This document shows, one piece after another, positions 54,210 to 63,501 of a DNA stretch of 64,000 bases. How positions within the stretch are numbered: position 1 is the first letter of the stretch; each line of letters opens with the position of its first letter. Position numbers and translations under genes: made by a program. Under the pieces are notes generated by a model, which worked only from the letters and a program-made list of their open reading frames with translations, searched no databases and had not been told where the DNA came from. Source of the stretch: Candidatus Aminicenantes bacterium (lineage in GTDB: Bacteria > Acidobacteriota > Aminicenantia > S016-38); contig JAMOUJ010000006.1 in the NCBI GenBank assembly GCA_027068075.1, positions 462,359-526,358 of the forward strand, given 5' to 3'.

Positions 54210-56548
54210 TTTGTCCTCCTTGCTGCCTTAAGCAGCGATTTTGGTTTAAAGGTTATGAAGTATATGGGGAGGATGGTCAGGGAGGCAAAGGCGGTGGTCA
54301 GCATGGTCAGGGCCAGGAGGAAGCCCATGGCCCTTACCCCCTTGAACACGGAGAGCACCAGGAGCATAAACCCACTGGCCACCACTAAGGAGTTGAAGAC
54401 TATGGCCACCCCGGAGGTGGTCATGGTGGGGGAAACCGCCTCCTTGTAGCCCTTGTCCACCTCCCTTATGTATCGGTGAATGAAGTGTATGGCGTAGTCC
54501 ACCCCTATTCCTATGGCCAGACTGGAGGTGACCATGGTCTGGATGTCCAGGGGAATGGAGAGGAGGCCCATGGTGGCGAAGTTCAGGAAAATACCGAAGA
54601 ACAGGGGAACGGTGTTGAAAATCCCCAGAACCGGAGACCGGAACATGAGGGTCGTGAGGAGCCACACCAGAACCAGGGAGGCTATTATGCTCCAGAACTG
54701 GCCGCTTATGACCATCTGCCTGACCACCAGGATGAGTTTTGCCATACCGGTAATGTCTGCCCTTATTTCCCCGTGTTTCTTCAGAAAATCGGATATTTCC
54801 CGGTCAATTTTGGTCAAAACGGAGTTTTTGTCCGTCTTGACGAAAATGGCCACCCTGCCGTTTCTGTAATTGAAGTCCACCAGGTTGGCGAAGTCCTCGG
54901 GGGAGGCGCTCATTTCGTAGAGTTGAAGCAGTTGGGCTATGAGTTTTTCCCCTTTTACCTTAAAGGTCCGCTCCACACGCCGTCCCCCTTCCTCCACCAC
55001 CTCCCTTTCCACCTCTATCTCCCCGGGAATCCTGTAGTAGGCCGGGTCGTTGTCGTGCATGGCCCGGTTCAGGAGTTTTACGAAGTCGGCTATGGACTGG
55101 GTGGCCCCCACATGGGCGTTTTTTTCCAGTTCAGCCTGGAGTTCGTCCACCGCCTGGAGAACCCTGGGCTGCTTCAAGTAACCGTCCCTGTCCCCCTCCA
55201 CGAAAACATAGAAGGTGGTGGTGCCGGCGAAGTGGCGGTTTACGAATTCCGCCGCCTTCCTCACAGGATTGTTCTTTGGAAACTGGTTGATGGTGCTGGC
55301 CTCCACCTTGAGTTTAGAAATTCCCGCCACCGAAAGGAGAAGCACCGCCACTATGCCCAGGGCAAAGGCGGTCTTTCTCTTTACCAGGGCCCGGGCGTAG
55401 GCCTCCATCCAGCGGCGGAACCTTTCCCTGAGACCGGTTCTCCTTTTTATGGTCTTGAGTTTCAAAAGAGCCAGGGTGGCCGGAACGAAGGAAAGGGACC
55501 ACACGAGGGCGGAGAAGACCCCGAAGGCCGAGAAAACTCCCAATTCCTCCAGGGATTCCATGTGGCTGGTGTTAAGGGCTAAGAATCCCGCCATGGTGGT
55601 GAGGGAGGTCATGACCACCGGCGCCCAGAGGTCGTACATAACATCACGCACCAGGGCCCGGGGCTGGGAATACTTTTCCGCCTTGAAGTAATAATGGGAG
55701 AGTATGTGGATGCTGTCGGCAATGCCAATGGCCATTATGAGTATGGGAAGCATTTCCGTGGAATGGCTCAGGGGTCTCCCGATGAGGGCCATAAAACCCA
55801 GGGTCCAGACCACGCTGGCCAGGACCACCGTCAGGGGAATGAGAACGCCCCGGGCGGAGGTGAAGATAAAGAGAAGAAGAAGGAAAATGAGGATTATCCC
55901 TGAGGTGAAGAAAATTCCCATGTCCTTGGCAATTCCCTTGCTTATGTAGAGGTTTATCACCGGTTCTCCGGTGGCAAAAACCTTCCCCCCATGGGAGGAA
56001 TTGAAGCGGTCTATGAAGGCCAGAAGTTTCTCGGCGAATTGGTCCTCGTCGGCGCTCTTTTGGAGGAAAACCAGGACCATGGCGGAGTTTCGGTCGTCGG
56101 CTACGAGGAGTTTGCTCAGTTTGGGGTTCTGGCTGAGGTTGGTTTTCCACTTCTCTATGTCCGTTTCGGTTTCGGGCCTGTCCTGAAGGGCCTCCACCAC
56201 CTCTATGCCTTCGGGGGTTCCCAGGATGACCTTGGCGTTGGTGGGGCTCATGACGGAATAAACCTCCGAAAAATCTTCCAGGGAGGAGGTGAGTTCCATG
56301 AGTTCCGAAGCCCCCTTCAGGGAGAAAACTTTTCCCTGATAGATGACCATGGCTATGGTCTTGGAGGGAAATACCTCCTTCATCTTGTCGTAAAGTCTTT
56401 TGGCGGGGATGGATTGGGGCAGGGCGGCGGTTATGTCCGGGTTCATCCGCAGGTTTTTCATTTGATAACCGAAAAAGGCCGTCAGGGCCAGGAGAATTAA
56501 AATTACCCTCCAGGGATGCTTTACTTCCCAATCAATGATTTTTCTCAT
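54206..56548 (-). CDS. MMPL/RND-superfamily exporter (12 TM, two large loops)
   Basis: 780 aa, duplicated 6-TM architecture with SSD-like segments (GIADSIHILSHY, GIGVDYAIHFIHRY). Confidence 0.8.
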   Translation of the reverse strand: MRKIIDWEVKHPWRVILILLALTAFFGYQMKNLRMNPDITAALPQSIPAKRLYDKMKEVFPSKTIAMVIYQGKVFSLKGASELMELTSSLEDFSEVYSVMSPTNAKVILGTPEGIEVVEALQDRPETETDIEKWKTNLSQNPKLSKLLVADDRNSAMVLVFLQKSADEDQFAEKLLAFIDRFNSSHGGKVFATGEPVINLYISKGIAKDMGIFFTSGIILIFLLLLFIFTSARGVLIPLTVVLASVVWTLGFMALIGRPLSHSTEMLPILIMAIGIADSIHILSHYYFKAEKYSQPRALVRDVMYDLWAPVVMTSLTTMAGFLALNTSHMESLEELGVFSAFGVFSALVWSLSFVPATLALLKLKTIKRRTGLRERFRRWMEAYARALVKRKTAFALGIVAVLLLSVAGISKLKVEASTINQFPKNNPVRKAAEFVNRHFAGTTTFYVFVEGDRDGYLKQPRVLQAVDELQAELEKNAHVGATQSIADFVKLLNRAMHDNDPAYYRIPGEIEVEREVVEEGGRRVERTFKVKGEKLIAQLLQLYEMSASPEDFANLVDFNYRNGRVAIFVKTDKNSVLTKIDREISDFLKKHGEIRADITGMAKLILVVRQMVISGQFWSIIASLVLVWLLTTLMFRSPVLGIFNTVPLFFGIFLNFATMGLLSIPLDIQTMVTSSLAIGIGVDYAIHFIHRYIREVDKGYKEAVSPTMTTSGVAIVFNSLVVASGFMLLVLSVFKGVRAMGFLLALTMLTTAFASLTILPIYFITFKPKSLLKAARRTK

Positions 56549-57111
56549 GGCAGTTCTCCTTTCAACATTTTTTTGAAGGCCTGGGCCTCCTTTCCAAGGT
56601 CTTCCGCATCCTTGCCCTGGATCATTTTTACCGAAAGACCCAGGATGTAGGTCCAGAAAAGGTCAAAGAGCCATGGGGCAGGGGAAATTTCGTTTATTTT
56701 CCTTTCCAGGGGGGCTCTAAACCGGGCCAGGTCCCTGCGGAAGTTTTCGTCTTCGGAACCCAGGAAGTCCTCCTTGAGGATTATGCTCAGTTCGTCAAGT
56801 CTGGACCTGAAGTACTGGATGTGGAAGTCAAGGAGGGCGTATATGGCCTCCCGAAAGTCCTCCTCATCCTTAACCTTCTGATAGGCCTCTCCGTAAAATC
56901 GGGAGGTAAAGTCCAGGACCAGGGAGCGATAAAGTTCCCTTTTGGAGGGAAAATAGTAGTAAAGAATCCCCTTGGAAAGTTCTGCCCTCTCCGCTATCTC
57001 GTCCATGGTGGCCGCTTCGTAGCCCTTTTCGGAAAAGACAGACAGGGCCGCCTCCTTTATCTGAGCAATTCGCTGGTTTCTTTCCCTTTTCCTTCGGTGA
57101 ACGGTGCCCAT
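56545..57111 (-). CDS. TetR/AcrR family transcriptional regulator
   Basis: N-terminal HTH FSEKGYEAATMDEIAERAELSKGILYYYFPSKRELY. First gene of the four-gene overlapping operon. Confidence 0.85.
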   Translation of the reverse strand: MGTVHRRKRERNQRIAQIKEAALSVFSEKGYEAATMDEIAERAELSKGILYYYFPSKRELYRSLVLDFTSRFYGEAYQKVKDEEDFREAIYALLDFHIQYFRSRLDELSIILKEDFLGSEDENFRRDLARFRAPLERKINEISPAPWLFDLFWTYILGLSVKMIQGKDAEDLGKEAQAFKKMLKGELP

Positions 57112-57114
57112 TTT

Positions 57115-57130
57115 TTGACCTCAGAGTCAA
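57115..57130. promoter_or_regulatory. Candidate TetR operator TTGAC-N6-GTCAA (a third GTCAA lies at 57145-57149)
   Basis: Inverted repeat starting 4 nt upstream of the tetR start codon and overlapping its GAGG RBS. Confidence 0.35.
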
Positions 57131-57191
57131 ATTTTAACTCATTGGTCAATTTTTCTCAAGGAAAATACCGGGTATGGAGGGTTTGTGGGGC

Positions 57192-57626
57192 TTAACTGGG
57201 GGGGCGGGTTCCCTTTCCTTCCGTAAAGCCCCTTATCCTCAACTGAAGGGCCCTGTAGGAGACGAACAGGTCCACTATGGCCAGGACTATGCCCAGAAAA
57301 AACATCACCAGGGAGGCGAAGAACAGGAGGAAACTCAGGCCTCCGCCGCCGGTCCAGTAGGTGAACAGGGAGGTCAGGAGGCAGAACATTATGGAGGAGA
57401 AAAGGAGAATCATGGAATTTCTGAGGAGCAGTCCCCGCCGGTAGAGGACCTTTATCTCCGCCCCGGAGATGTCTTCGCCCCGCCGCATTCTCTGGTGGAG
57501 TTCCCTCACCCGGTCTATGACCCTTCCGTATCTGTTCTGCATGGTGAGGGCCACCAGTCCTTCTCCCGAAATCAAAACGAAGGGAACCAGGGCCGCCTTT
57601 ATCAACGCCAGAGTATCCGCCGTCAC
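57192..57626 (-). CDS. DUF2721-like membrane protein
   Basis: Three TM segments and a pattern (ALVPFVLISGEGLVALTMQNRYGRVIDRVRELH) resembling DUF2721. Confidence 0.55.
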   Translation of the reverse strand: MTADTLALIKAALVPFVLISGEGLVALTMQNRYGRVIDRVRELHQRMRRGEDISGAEIKVLYRRGLLLRNSMILLFSSIMFCLLTSLFTYWTGGGGLSFLLFFASLVMFFLGIVLAIVDLFVSYRALQLRIRGFTEGKGTRPPS

Positions 57627-57635
57627 GGTTTCCTC

Positions 57636-60236
57636 CTAAAAAATGCGGAGGGTTTTCCTGAAGGTTCCCGGAGGATAGGGCAGGGGAGGAAGGGGTCTTC
57701 CTTTGAAAACCCCATTGAGTTTCACCCTGTAAACGGTGGGAGTAACTGAGCGCCAGAGGGTGAGGTATCCCTCCTTCTTTACTCCGTTCAGGTTTCCCTC
57801 CATGCTCAGGTCGTGTTCTCCCGGAGGCAGGGATAGGGTATACCAGGCCCAGGAGGAGTCCCTGTTCCTTTCCTGGTGGACCGCCACCTTCTTCCCGTCC
57901 AGGTAAAATACAGGGGCGGGCAGGGGACCTTTACCGGAAGAGACGAGCAGCACCGCCAGGCGGGCACCTTTGACCTCGGAGGGTATTCTTAACTTCAGGT
58001 TTATTCTCTCCCTGTCCCTTTTCAGTCGGAACTTCACCCGGGGCCAGGAAAGGGGTTTGCTGGAAAGGCGGGAGACCTTCCGGCCTTCCAGCCACATGCC
58101 CGATATCAACTCCGGATTTAATGGTCTGGGTTTTTTGTAGGTGGCGTAGAGTTTCAGAAGAACTTCGTCCTTTCCCACGCCTTCCACTTCGTAGTAGGCC
58201 CCACCCACGGCAGGAAGAAGGGCCTCCTCCACCGGATAAATTTCGTAGATGGCGGTTTCGTATCCGTCAAGTTGAAACTCCACCTCGTCCCCGTAGGAGT
58301 AAAGTTTGCGGAAGAAGCCCCGCCGGGGATAAACCTCCTCCACCGCCAGGGAGCGGGCGGCGGGGGAAAGGCCGTAATCGTTGCTGAGTTTTACCTTTAT
58401 CCTCTGGGATTTCATCGCCGGGTTTCTCAGGGCTATTATTCCCCTCCGGCCCGAGAAGTGAACATATCCGTAGGCCTCCCCTTTTCCGGGATTTCCCCCC
58501 ACCATTTCGGTGTAATGGGTCAGGATTTTAAACCTGCTCCGGGCCCAGAGATAAGCCCTGGCTATGGCATCCCATTCCTGGGGCGTTAGAAGGTCCGGGG
58601 AAACATAAAGTTCAAACATGGAAATTCCCCGGGCGAAGTAGAGGACTGCGTTGTTGGTGAACTTGTCCAGGGGTTCCGCTTCACCCCCCAGTTTCTGAAG
58701 ATGGCCCTTTATGATGCCGTGGGTCATAAGCCCGGCTACGGGAAACCAGAAGTCCTTTTTCACGAAGTCGTCGTAGAGGACATAGTCCCTGTAGGTCATG
58801 GCCCGGTCCCTCTTGCTGATGGAGGGAACCTTTGCGTAGCCGTAGTCGTAGCCCTGCATCCATATGGTGTTTGCGTAGAGGAGCCACCACGGGCTCAGCC
58901 AGGTGCCGGAGGTTATGTTGAGGAACATCTTCGGATTGGCCCTTCTTACTTCCCTGGTCAGGGCCGCCAATTTTTTCAAAATGGCCCTCCTGGAGTAAAT
59001 GCCCACGGGATGACCGTGTCCCGGCTCGCTGCAGGAGAATTGAAAGCCGTCCCATTTGTAGTAGGCAACCCCGTATTGATTTACGAAGTCCAGAACCCTT
59101 TTTCTGAAGAGGGCATAATAATTCTTCCCCCCGAAGCACATCTGGTCTCCCACGGTTTCGTAGCCGTGTTCCCTCATCCAGGAAACCCTCCAGTCCCGGT
59201 GAGAATAACCCCCCGTGGGGCCGAACCATATGCCCAGGACGGTTCCGGTTCTGGCCAGGGCCCTTTCTACGGGTTTAAGTCCCCGGGGAAATTGCTTCCT
59301 TGAAAGGCGCCAGTCGCTTCTGTATTCGTCCCACCCGTCGTCTAAGACGAAGGCGTCCAATTTTATCCCGTACTTCTCAGTAAGTTTTTTCCGGAAAAGA
59401 TTTATTATACGCAGGGTGTTTTCTTCGTTCATCACCCTGAGGGGATCCTTTACCAATTCCGGAGACCTCAGGTCGTACCAGGAATTGTAAAGCAGATAGG
59501 GTTTAAAGGGGGCCACCTGAACCTTCTCCAGGTAGCGGAAAAACCAGTACTTCACCCTGGGATCGGGGGTTATCCCCACCACCGCCGGGTCGCTCCAGAT
59601 TCCCCGGGAGGTGATTTTTTCCCCTATGTATTGGTAAACTTCCACCCCATCGTCCTTCACAACGGCAGTCCCTGCGGGATACTCAAGCCCCCAGAAGGCT
59701 CCGGCCCGGTCGTTCCTTACGGCGGCGGGCTGACCGTAGCCTCCCGCCTTGATGACCTTCACCGGGGACAGGAGTTTGCACCTGTAAACCGATATCCTTC
59801 TGAGGAAGTGGAGGCCGAACTTGGGATCGTAAATCCTTATCTTACGCCTCACGAAGAAGTCTCTGGGACCCAGGGAGTAGAGAATCTCCAGTTTCAGGGG
59901 TACGGTCCTTCTGCCGGCCATGAGGATTTTCACGAAGGCGGTGCCGTCGCTTTCTTTTCCCTTTTCAATCTTCTCCACCTTGAAGTCCTTTTTGGTGAAG
60001 GTCACGGGGTTTTCCGAGTTGTTGAACTTTCCGGGAGCCCTCCAGCCGGTCCAGACCACATCCAGGGCGAAGTCTCCGTCGGTGGTTATGTAAGCGTTGC
60101 GGGAAGAACTCAGGGTTTCAAACTCCAGGTTTCCGTCCTTCACATAAACCACGAACTTTACATTGGGATTCACCAGTTGGAGGTTTTCGGCGAAAACCAG
60201 GAGACCCAGTATGAAGAAAAGGCCCAGTCTTTTCAT
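57636..60236 (-). CDS. Large secreted glycoside hydrolase, alpha-galactosidase-like (GH36/GH27 clan)
   Basis: FVLDDGWDEY and YYKWDGF motifs. Signal peptide at MKRLGLFFILGLLVFA, with GGAGG before the ATG at 60236 (the track ORF extends to 60302). Confidence 0.55.
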   Translation of the reverse strand: MKRLGLFFILGLLVFAENLQLVNPNVKFVVYVKDGNLEFETLSSSRNAYITTDGDFALDVVWTGWRAPGKFNNSENPVTFTKKDFKVEKIEKGKESDGTAFVKILMAGRRTVPLKLEILYSLGPRDFFVRRKIRIYDPKFGLHFLRRISVYRCKLLSPVKVIKAGGYGQPAAVRNDRAGAFWGLEYPAGTAVVKDDGVEVYQYIGEKITSRGIWSDPAVVGITPDPRVKYWFFRYLEKVQVAPFKPYLLYNSWYDLRSPELVKDPLRVMNEENTLRIINLFRKKLTEKYGIKLDAFVLDDGWDEYRSDWRLSRKQFPRGLKPVERALARTGTVLGIWFGPTGGYSHRDWRVSWMREHGYETVGDQMCFGGKNYYALFRKRVLDFVNQYGVAYYKWDGFQFSCSEPGHGHPVGIYSRRAILKKLAALTREVRRANPKMFLNITSGTWLSPWWLLYANTIWMQGYDYGYAKVPSISKRDRAMTYRDYVLYDDFVKKDFWFPVAGLMTHGIIKGHLQKLGGEAEPLDKFTNNAVLYFARGISMFELYVSPDLLTPQEWDAIARAYLWARSRFKILTHYTEMVGGNPGKGEAYGYVHFSGRRGIIALRNPAMKSQRIKVKLSNDYGLSPAARSLAVEEVYPRRGFFRKLYSYGDEVEFQLDGYETAIYEIYPVEEALLPAVGGAYYEVEGVGKDEVLLKLYATYKKPRPLNPELISGMWLEGRKVSRLSSKPLSWPRVKFRLKRDRERINLKLRIPSEVKGARLAVLLVSSGKGPLPAPVFYLDGKKVAVHQERNRDSSWAWYTLSLPPGEHDLSMEGNLNGVKKEGYLTLWRSVTPTVYRVKLNGVFKGRPLPPLPYPPGTFRKTLRIF

Positions 60237-60416
60237 CTTTCCTCCTTCAGGCACTTCAGGAAAAAGAATTATAAACGAAACCCCGGCTTTGGACAAAGCC
60301 ATTTCCTTGGGAATTATCCCCTTCCCTCCGGCTGGATGAAGAGGCCCCTTCTCCGTTCTCCCGGTGGGGTGAGATTTTGGTAAACTATTTATGAGAAGAG
60401 ATAAGGAGGTAGGAAG

Positions 60417-61466
60417 ATGAAAAAACTGGTTTTGAGCATATTATTTCCGGCGCTGGTCCTCTTTCCTCTCCTGGGACAAACCTCCGGCGGAGACCGCCAC
60501 CGGGGATTTGCTCCCGGACAGCAGGTGGTTTTTGCACCGGATTTTTCCCGCTGTCCCTCGGGAAGCCTTCCCGCCGTATTTGACAAGGTGGAGGGGACCG
60601 GGGAATGCGTGAAGTTCGCCGGAAGGACCTGGATAGCACCCGCCGGCGAAAGATTCCGGGTTTACAAGAGGGTAAACCTCGCCTCCGGTGACTTCACCGT
60701 GGAATTTAACCTTATGATCAACCAGAGGAAGGTGGGTCCCGGCCAGCCCAGGTTCTGGTTTGAGTTATACAAAAGCAACGGCAGGTTCACGGTGAAACTT
60801 CCCATCACCCTGGAGGTTGCCGGGATTTCCGGAGGTTTCTGCGGGGTATTCCTTACGGGACTTGGAAAGGTGGCCACCCTCAGGAACTGCAGCGGAAAAA
60901 CGCTTCACTTTGCCCTCCGGGCAAGAAACAGGAGGTTGATGCTCTTCCTCAACGGAAGGATGCTGGCCTCCGTTCCCTTTAAACTGGACCCCGGGGAGTT
61001 CGTAAGCGGCCTGGAATTCACCCTAAACGACTTCAGGTTCAACGAGAAGTACGGCATCCTGCTTTCCGGAATACGAGTGGCCAGGGCTTTCTCCGGCGGA
61101 GAAGAAAGGGGAATCCGAGTTGAGAGAACACCCCGGGGAGTTAAGTTCATGATCCCCGGTGAACTTCTATTCGGCCGCCGTGGATTTTTCCTAAGGCCGG
61201 GAGCGGCCAGGGCACTTCGCCCTGTGGTGGATGCCCTCAGAAAACACCCTGAAAAACAAGCCTTCATCGTCGTCTATGCCGGCGGTGAAAACCCCGGAGC
61301 CGACCTTTGCCGTACTCTCCGGAAGGCTCAAAGCGTGGCGGATTACCTGCGATATGGCCAGGGCATAAAAGCGGATAGGATAAAAATTGAACTCAGGATG
61401 AGGTTCCATCCGGACCAAAGGAGTGGAGGGCCTGAGGAGGAACTCCTGGAAATAAAAGTGTACTGA
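60417..61466 (+). CDS. Exported protein with a C-terminal OmpA-like peptidoglycan-binding domain
   Basis: Signal peptide. The C-terminal region FGRRGFFLRPGAARALRPVVDALRKHPEKQAFIVVY...LRKAQSVADYLRYGQGIKADRIKI follows the OmpA_C pattern. Confidence 0.5.
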   Translation: MKKLVLSILFPALVLFPLLGQTSGGDRHRGFAPGQQVVFAPDFSRCPSGSLPAVFDKVEGTGECVKFAGRTWIAPAGERFRVYKRVNLASGDFTVEFNLMINQRKVGPGQPRFWFELYKSNGRFTVKLPITLEVAGISGGFCGVFLTGLGKVATLRNCSGKTLHFALRARNRRLMLFLNGRMLASVPFKLDPGEFVSGLEFTLNDFRFNEKYGILLSGIRVARAFSGGEERGIRVERTPRGVKFMIPGELLFGRRGFFLRPGAARALRPVVDALRKHPEKQAFIVVYAGGENPGADLCRTLRKAQSVADYLRYGQGIKADRIKIELRMRFHPDQRSGGPEEELLEIKVY

Positions 61467-61550
61467 TTTCACCCCCGGAAAACTCCGCAATCCTGCGGCG
61501 GGAATTGAAATAGACTGAGATTGGTGGGAGAATAAAGGTGGAGGTGAGCC

Positions 61551-62390
61551 TTGAGAAAATGTGTGGTTTTTCTTGGTTTTTTCCTTCTCCTGGTTGGGGG
61601 CCTTTACTCCCAGAAAAAACTGGAATTTAACCTTTCCTTCAACGGTTCCCTCGTAAATCCTTCGGACTTAAACGCCATGGCGGAGTTCGTAAACTCCGCC
61701 TTTGAGCGCGCCGTCCAACTGTACCCCCAAATTACTCTGGACCATCCTCTTCCCCTGGTGAAAAACATGTGGGGAGGGAGCGTGGAACTAAAGCCCTTCT
61801 TCACCCCCTACTTCGCCCTGGGTCTCGGTTTTGGATTTTCCTTGGGAAAGAGAAAAGGGATTTCAACCATTTATGATGCCTCGGGCTACGAATGGGGAAG
61901 GACTGTTCTTAACCCTAAAATTTTCTATCCCTTTGCCAGGGCTTATTTTGTGTATCCTCTTAAGGATTTTTCCCTGGAACTGTCGGCGGGAATGGGCTAC
62001 TTCTACGGCGATTTTTCCACGGAACTTGAAACCTTCGTTTCCAGGGGCGGAGCCTGGAACTACATTAGTTTGAGGGATGTAAAAAAGTGGGCCCCGGGCT
62101 TCATGGGGGGCCTGGGGATAAAGTATTGGCCCTGGAAGAAAGTGGGGATTTTCCTCTCCGGTTCCTACAATTATCTTAATTTCAAGGATCTGAGGGGCGT
62201 TTACCAGGTAACCGACGGAACCAGGACCTACGGCACGGTATATCACTTAGAGATGATGATTGACAGCGTATGGTATCCCTTTTTGAGGGCTGGAAAACCG
62301 AATCCTTCCTCCTCCGTAAGAAATGTAAGGGAAGCGGAATTTAACTTCTCCGGGTTTTCCTTCTCCGCAGGGCTGAGTTTTAGGTTCTGA
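61551..62390 (+). CDS. Putative outer-membrane beta-barrel protein
   Basis: Signal peptide, alternating hydrophobic strands, C-terminal LSFRF. TTG start with a GGAGG RBS. Confidence 0.55.
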   Translation: MRKCVVFLGFFLLLVGGLYSQKKLEFNLSFNGSLVNPSDLNAMAEFVNSAFERAVQLYPQITLDHPLPLVKNMWGGSVELKPFFTPYFALGLGFGFSLGKRKGISTIYDASGYEWGRTVLNPKIFYPFARAYFVYPLKDFSLELSAGMGYFYGDFSTELETFVSRGGAWNYISLRDVKKWAPGFMGGLGIKYWPWKKVGIFLSGSYNYLNFKDLRGVYQVTDGTRTYGTVYHLEMMIDSVWYPFLRAGKPNPSSSVRNVREAEFNFSGFSFSAGLSFRF

Positions 62391-62409
62391 AGGCAGGAAA
62401 GAAAAAGTT

Positions 62410-63303
62410 TCATCTTTGCGCAGGGAGGTAAGGAAACCAGCGGTGGAAGTTGTTTATTTTTATGATGTAGTTTCCAAATTTTATTTTTCCCTTGCGGTAG
62501 AACTCCTCGTTCAAGTCGGAAAGGTCAAATTCAAACTTTAGCTTTCCCCTGACGTAAACTTCTATTTTATTTCCCTTCAAGCAGACGCAGCAGGTGGTGA
62601 TGGTGCTTCTCATAGGGGTTTTCTCCCAGAGGGTGGACATGGGAGAGCAGAGCAGGGCGTCCATCATCTGGGGACATCGGCCAGAGAGCTTAAAGAAAAG
62701 GAGGCTTACTGAGATAATGACGACGAATACTGCTGCGATGAGAAAAATGATAATGTTTTCGTCCTGCATCATTAAAGGGGAAATTTCCCGGTCGGTTTTT
62801 AGAATTTCCTCTACAGCCCTGGGGGAGACCTTTTGACCGTTGATTTTCAAATTTATCAAAAAAGTGTCCAGGACTTTTTTGTATTTTCTAAAGGTGGAGC
62901 GGGTGGAAAGGTCAACCCAGAAGACCTTATCGTGGTCTTTAAAAATAACCACGATCTCGTATCCGTGCTCTAACTTCCTCACAAAATAATAACCCCCTCC
63001 GAAAAGGGAAAGTTTGAAGGTATATTTAGGCTTTTTTATTGAAGGAAGGAGCTGGGTTAAGAAGAGATCGGGCTGGGCCGTTTTCTGCCAAAGCACCCTA
63101 AACAGGGCAAACCTCGCCTTGAAGGTCCATCCCTCCCAGCCCTTTTTGCAGTATCTTTGCCCCTTCCAGTCAGGAACCATCGAGGATATTCCTTCCTCCC
63201 TGAAGGGTTTAAACTTTATCGGCTCCTTCAGAGCAAAAGTCACAATGGCGGAAATAACAAGCCCTGCCACCACTAAAAGCCCGATAACCTTCTTCCAATC
63301 CAT
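62410..63303 (-). CDS. Hypothetical two-TM membrane protein with a conserved Cys cluster (paralog of 5279-6103)
   Basis: Same architecture and shared motifs as the 5279 protein (VFWVDLS, LKINGQKV, GRCP, CCVCLKGNKIEVY). Confidence 0.6.
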   Translation of the reverse strand: MDWKKVIGLLVVAGLVISAIVTFALKEPIKFKPFREEGISSMVPDWKGQRYCKKGWEGWTFKARFALFRVLWQKTAQPDLFLTQLLPSIKKPKYTFKLSLFGGGYYFVRKLEHGYEIVVIFKDHDKVFWVDLSTRSTFRKYKKVLDTFLINLKINGQKVSPRAVEEILKTDREISPLMMQDENIIIFLIAAVFVVIISVSLLFFKLSGRCPQMMDALLCSPMSTLWEKTPMRSTITTCCVCLKGNKIEVYVRGKLKFEFDLSDLNEEFYRKGKIKFGNYIIKINNFHRWFPYLPAQR

Positions 63304-63501
63304 AAACTACCTCCCCACTATTTTACTATCCGGTTCGTCCAGGACAAAAATTTTAAATATCTATGGGTTTAATTGAATTTCCTTCTTCTAACCTCCAGCT
63401 CTATCATCCTTCGGCTGTCGCCGATAATAATCCTTGCCCATTCCTTCATGAGGGTATTATAGCATGGGAGGCAGTTTGCGAGAGTTTTGGGTTTAAAGTG
63501 C

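Noticed and set aside
52570-60383. Several long antisense ORFs (52570-53430, 54476-55582, 55644-56531, 58701-59303, 59631-60383)
   Set aside because: All lie opposite well-supported genes (outer-membrane barrel, MMPL, GH36-like). Their Gly/Pro/His/Arg-rich composition lacks motifs, start context or coupling.
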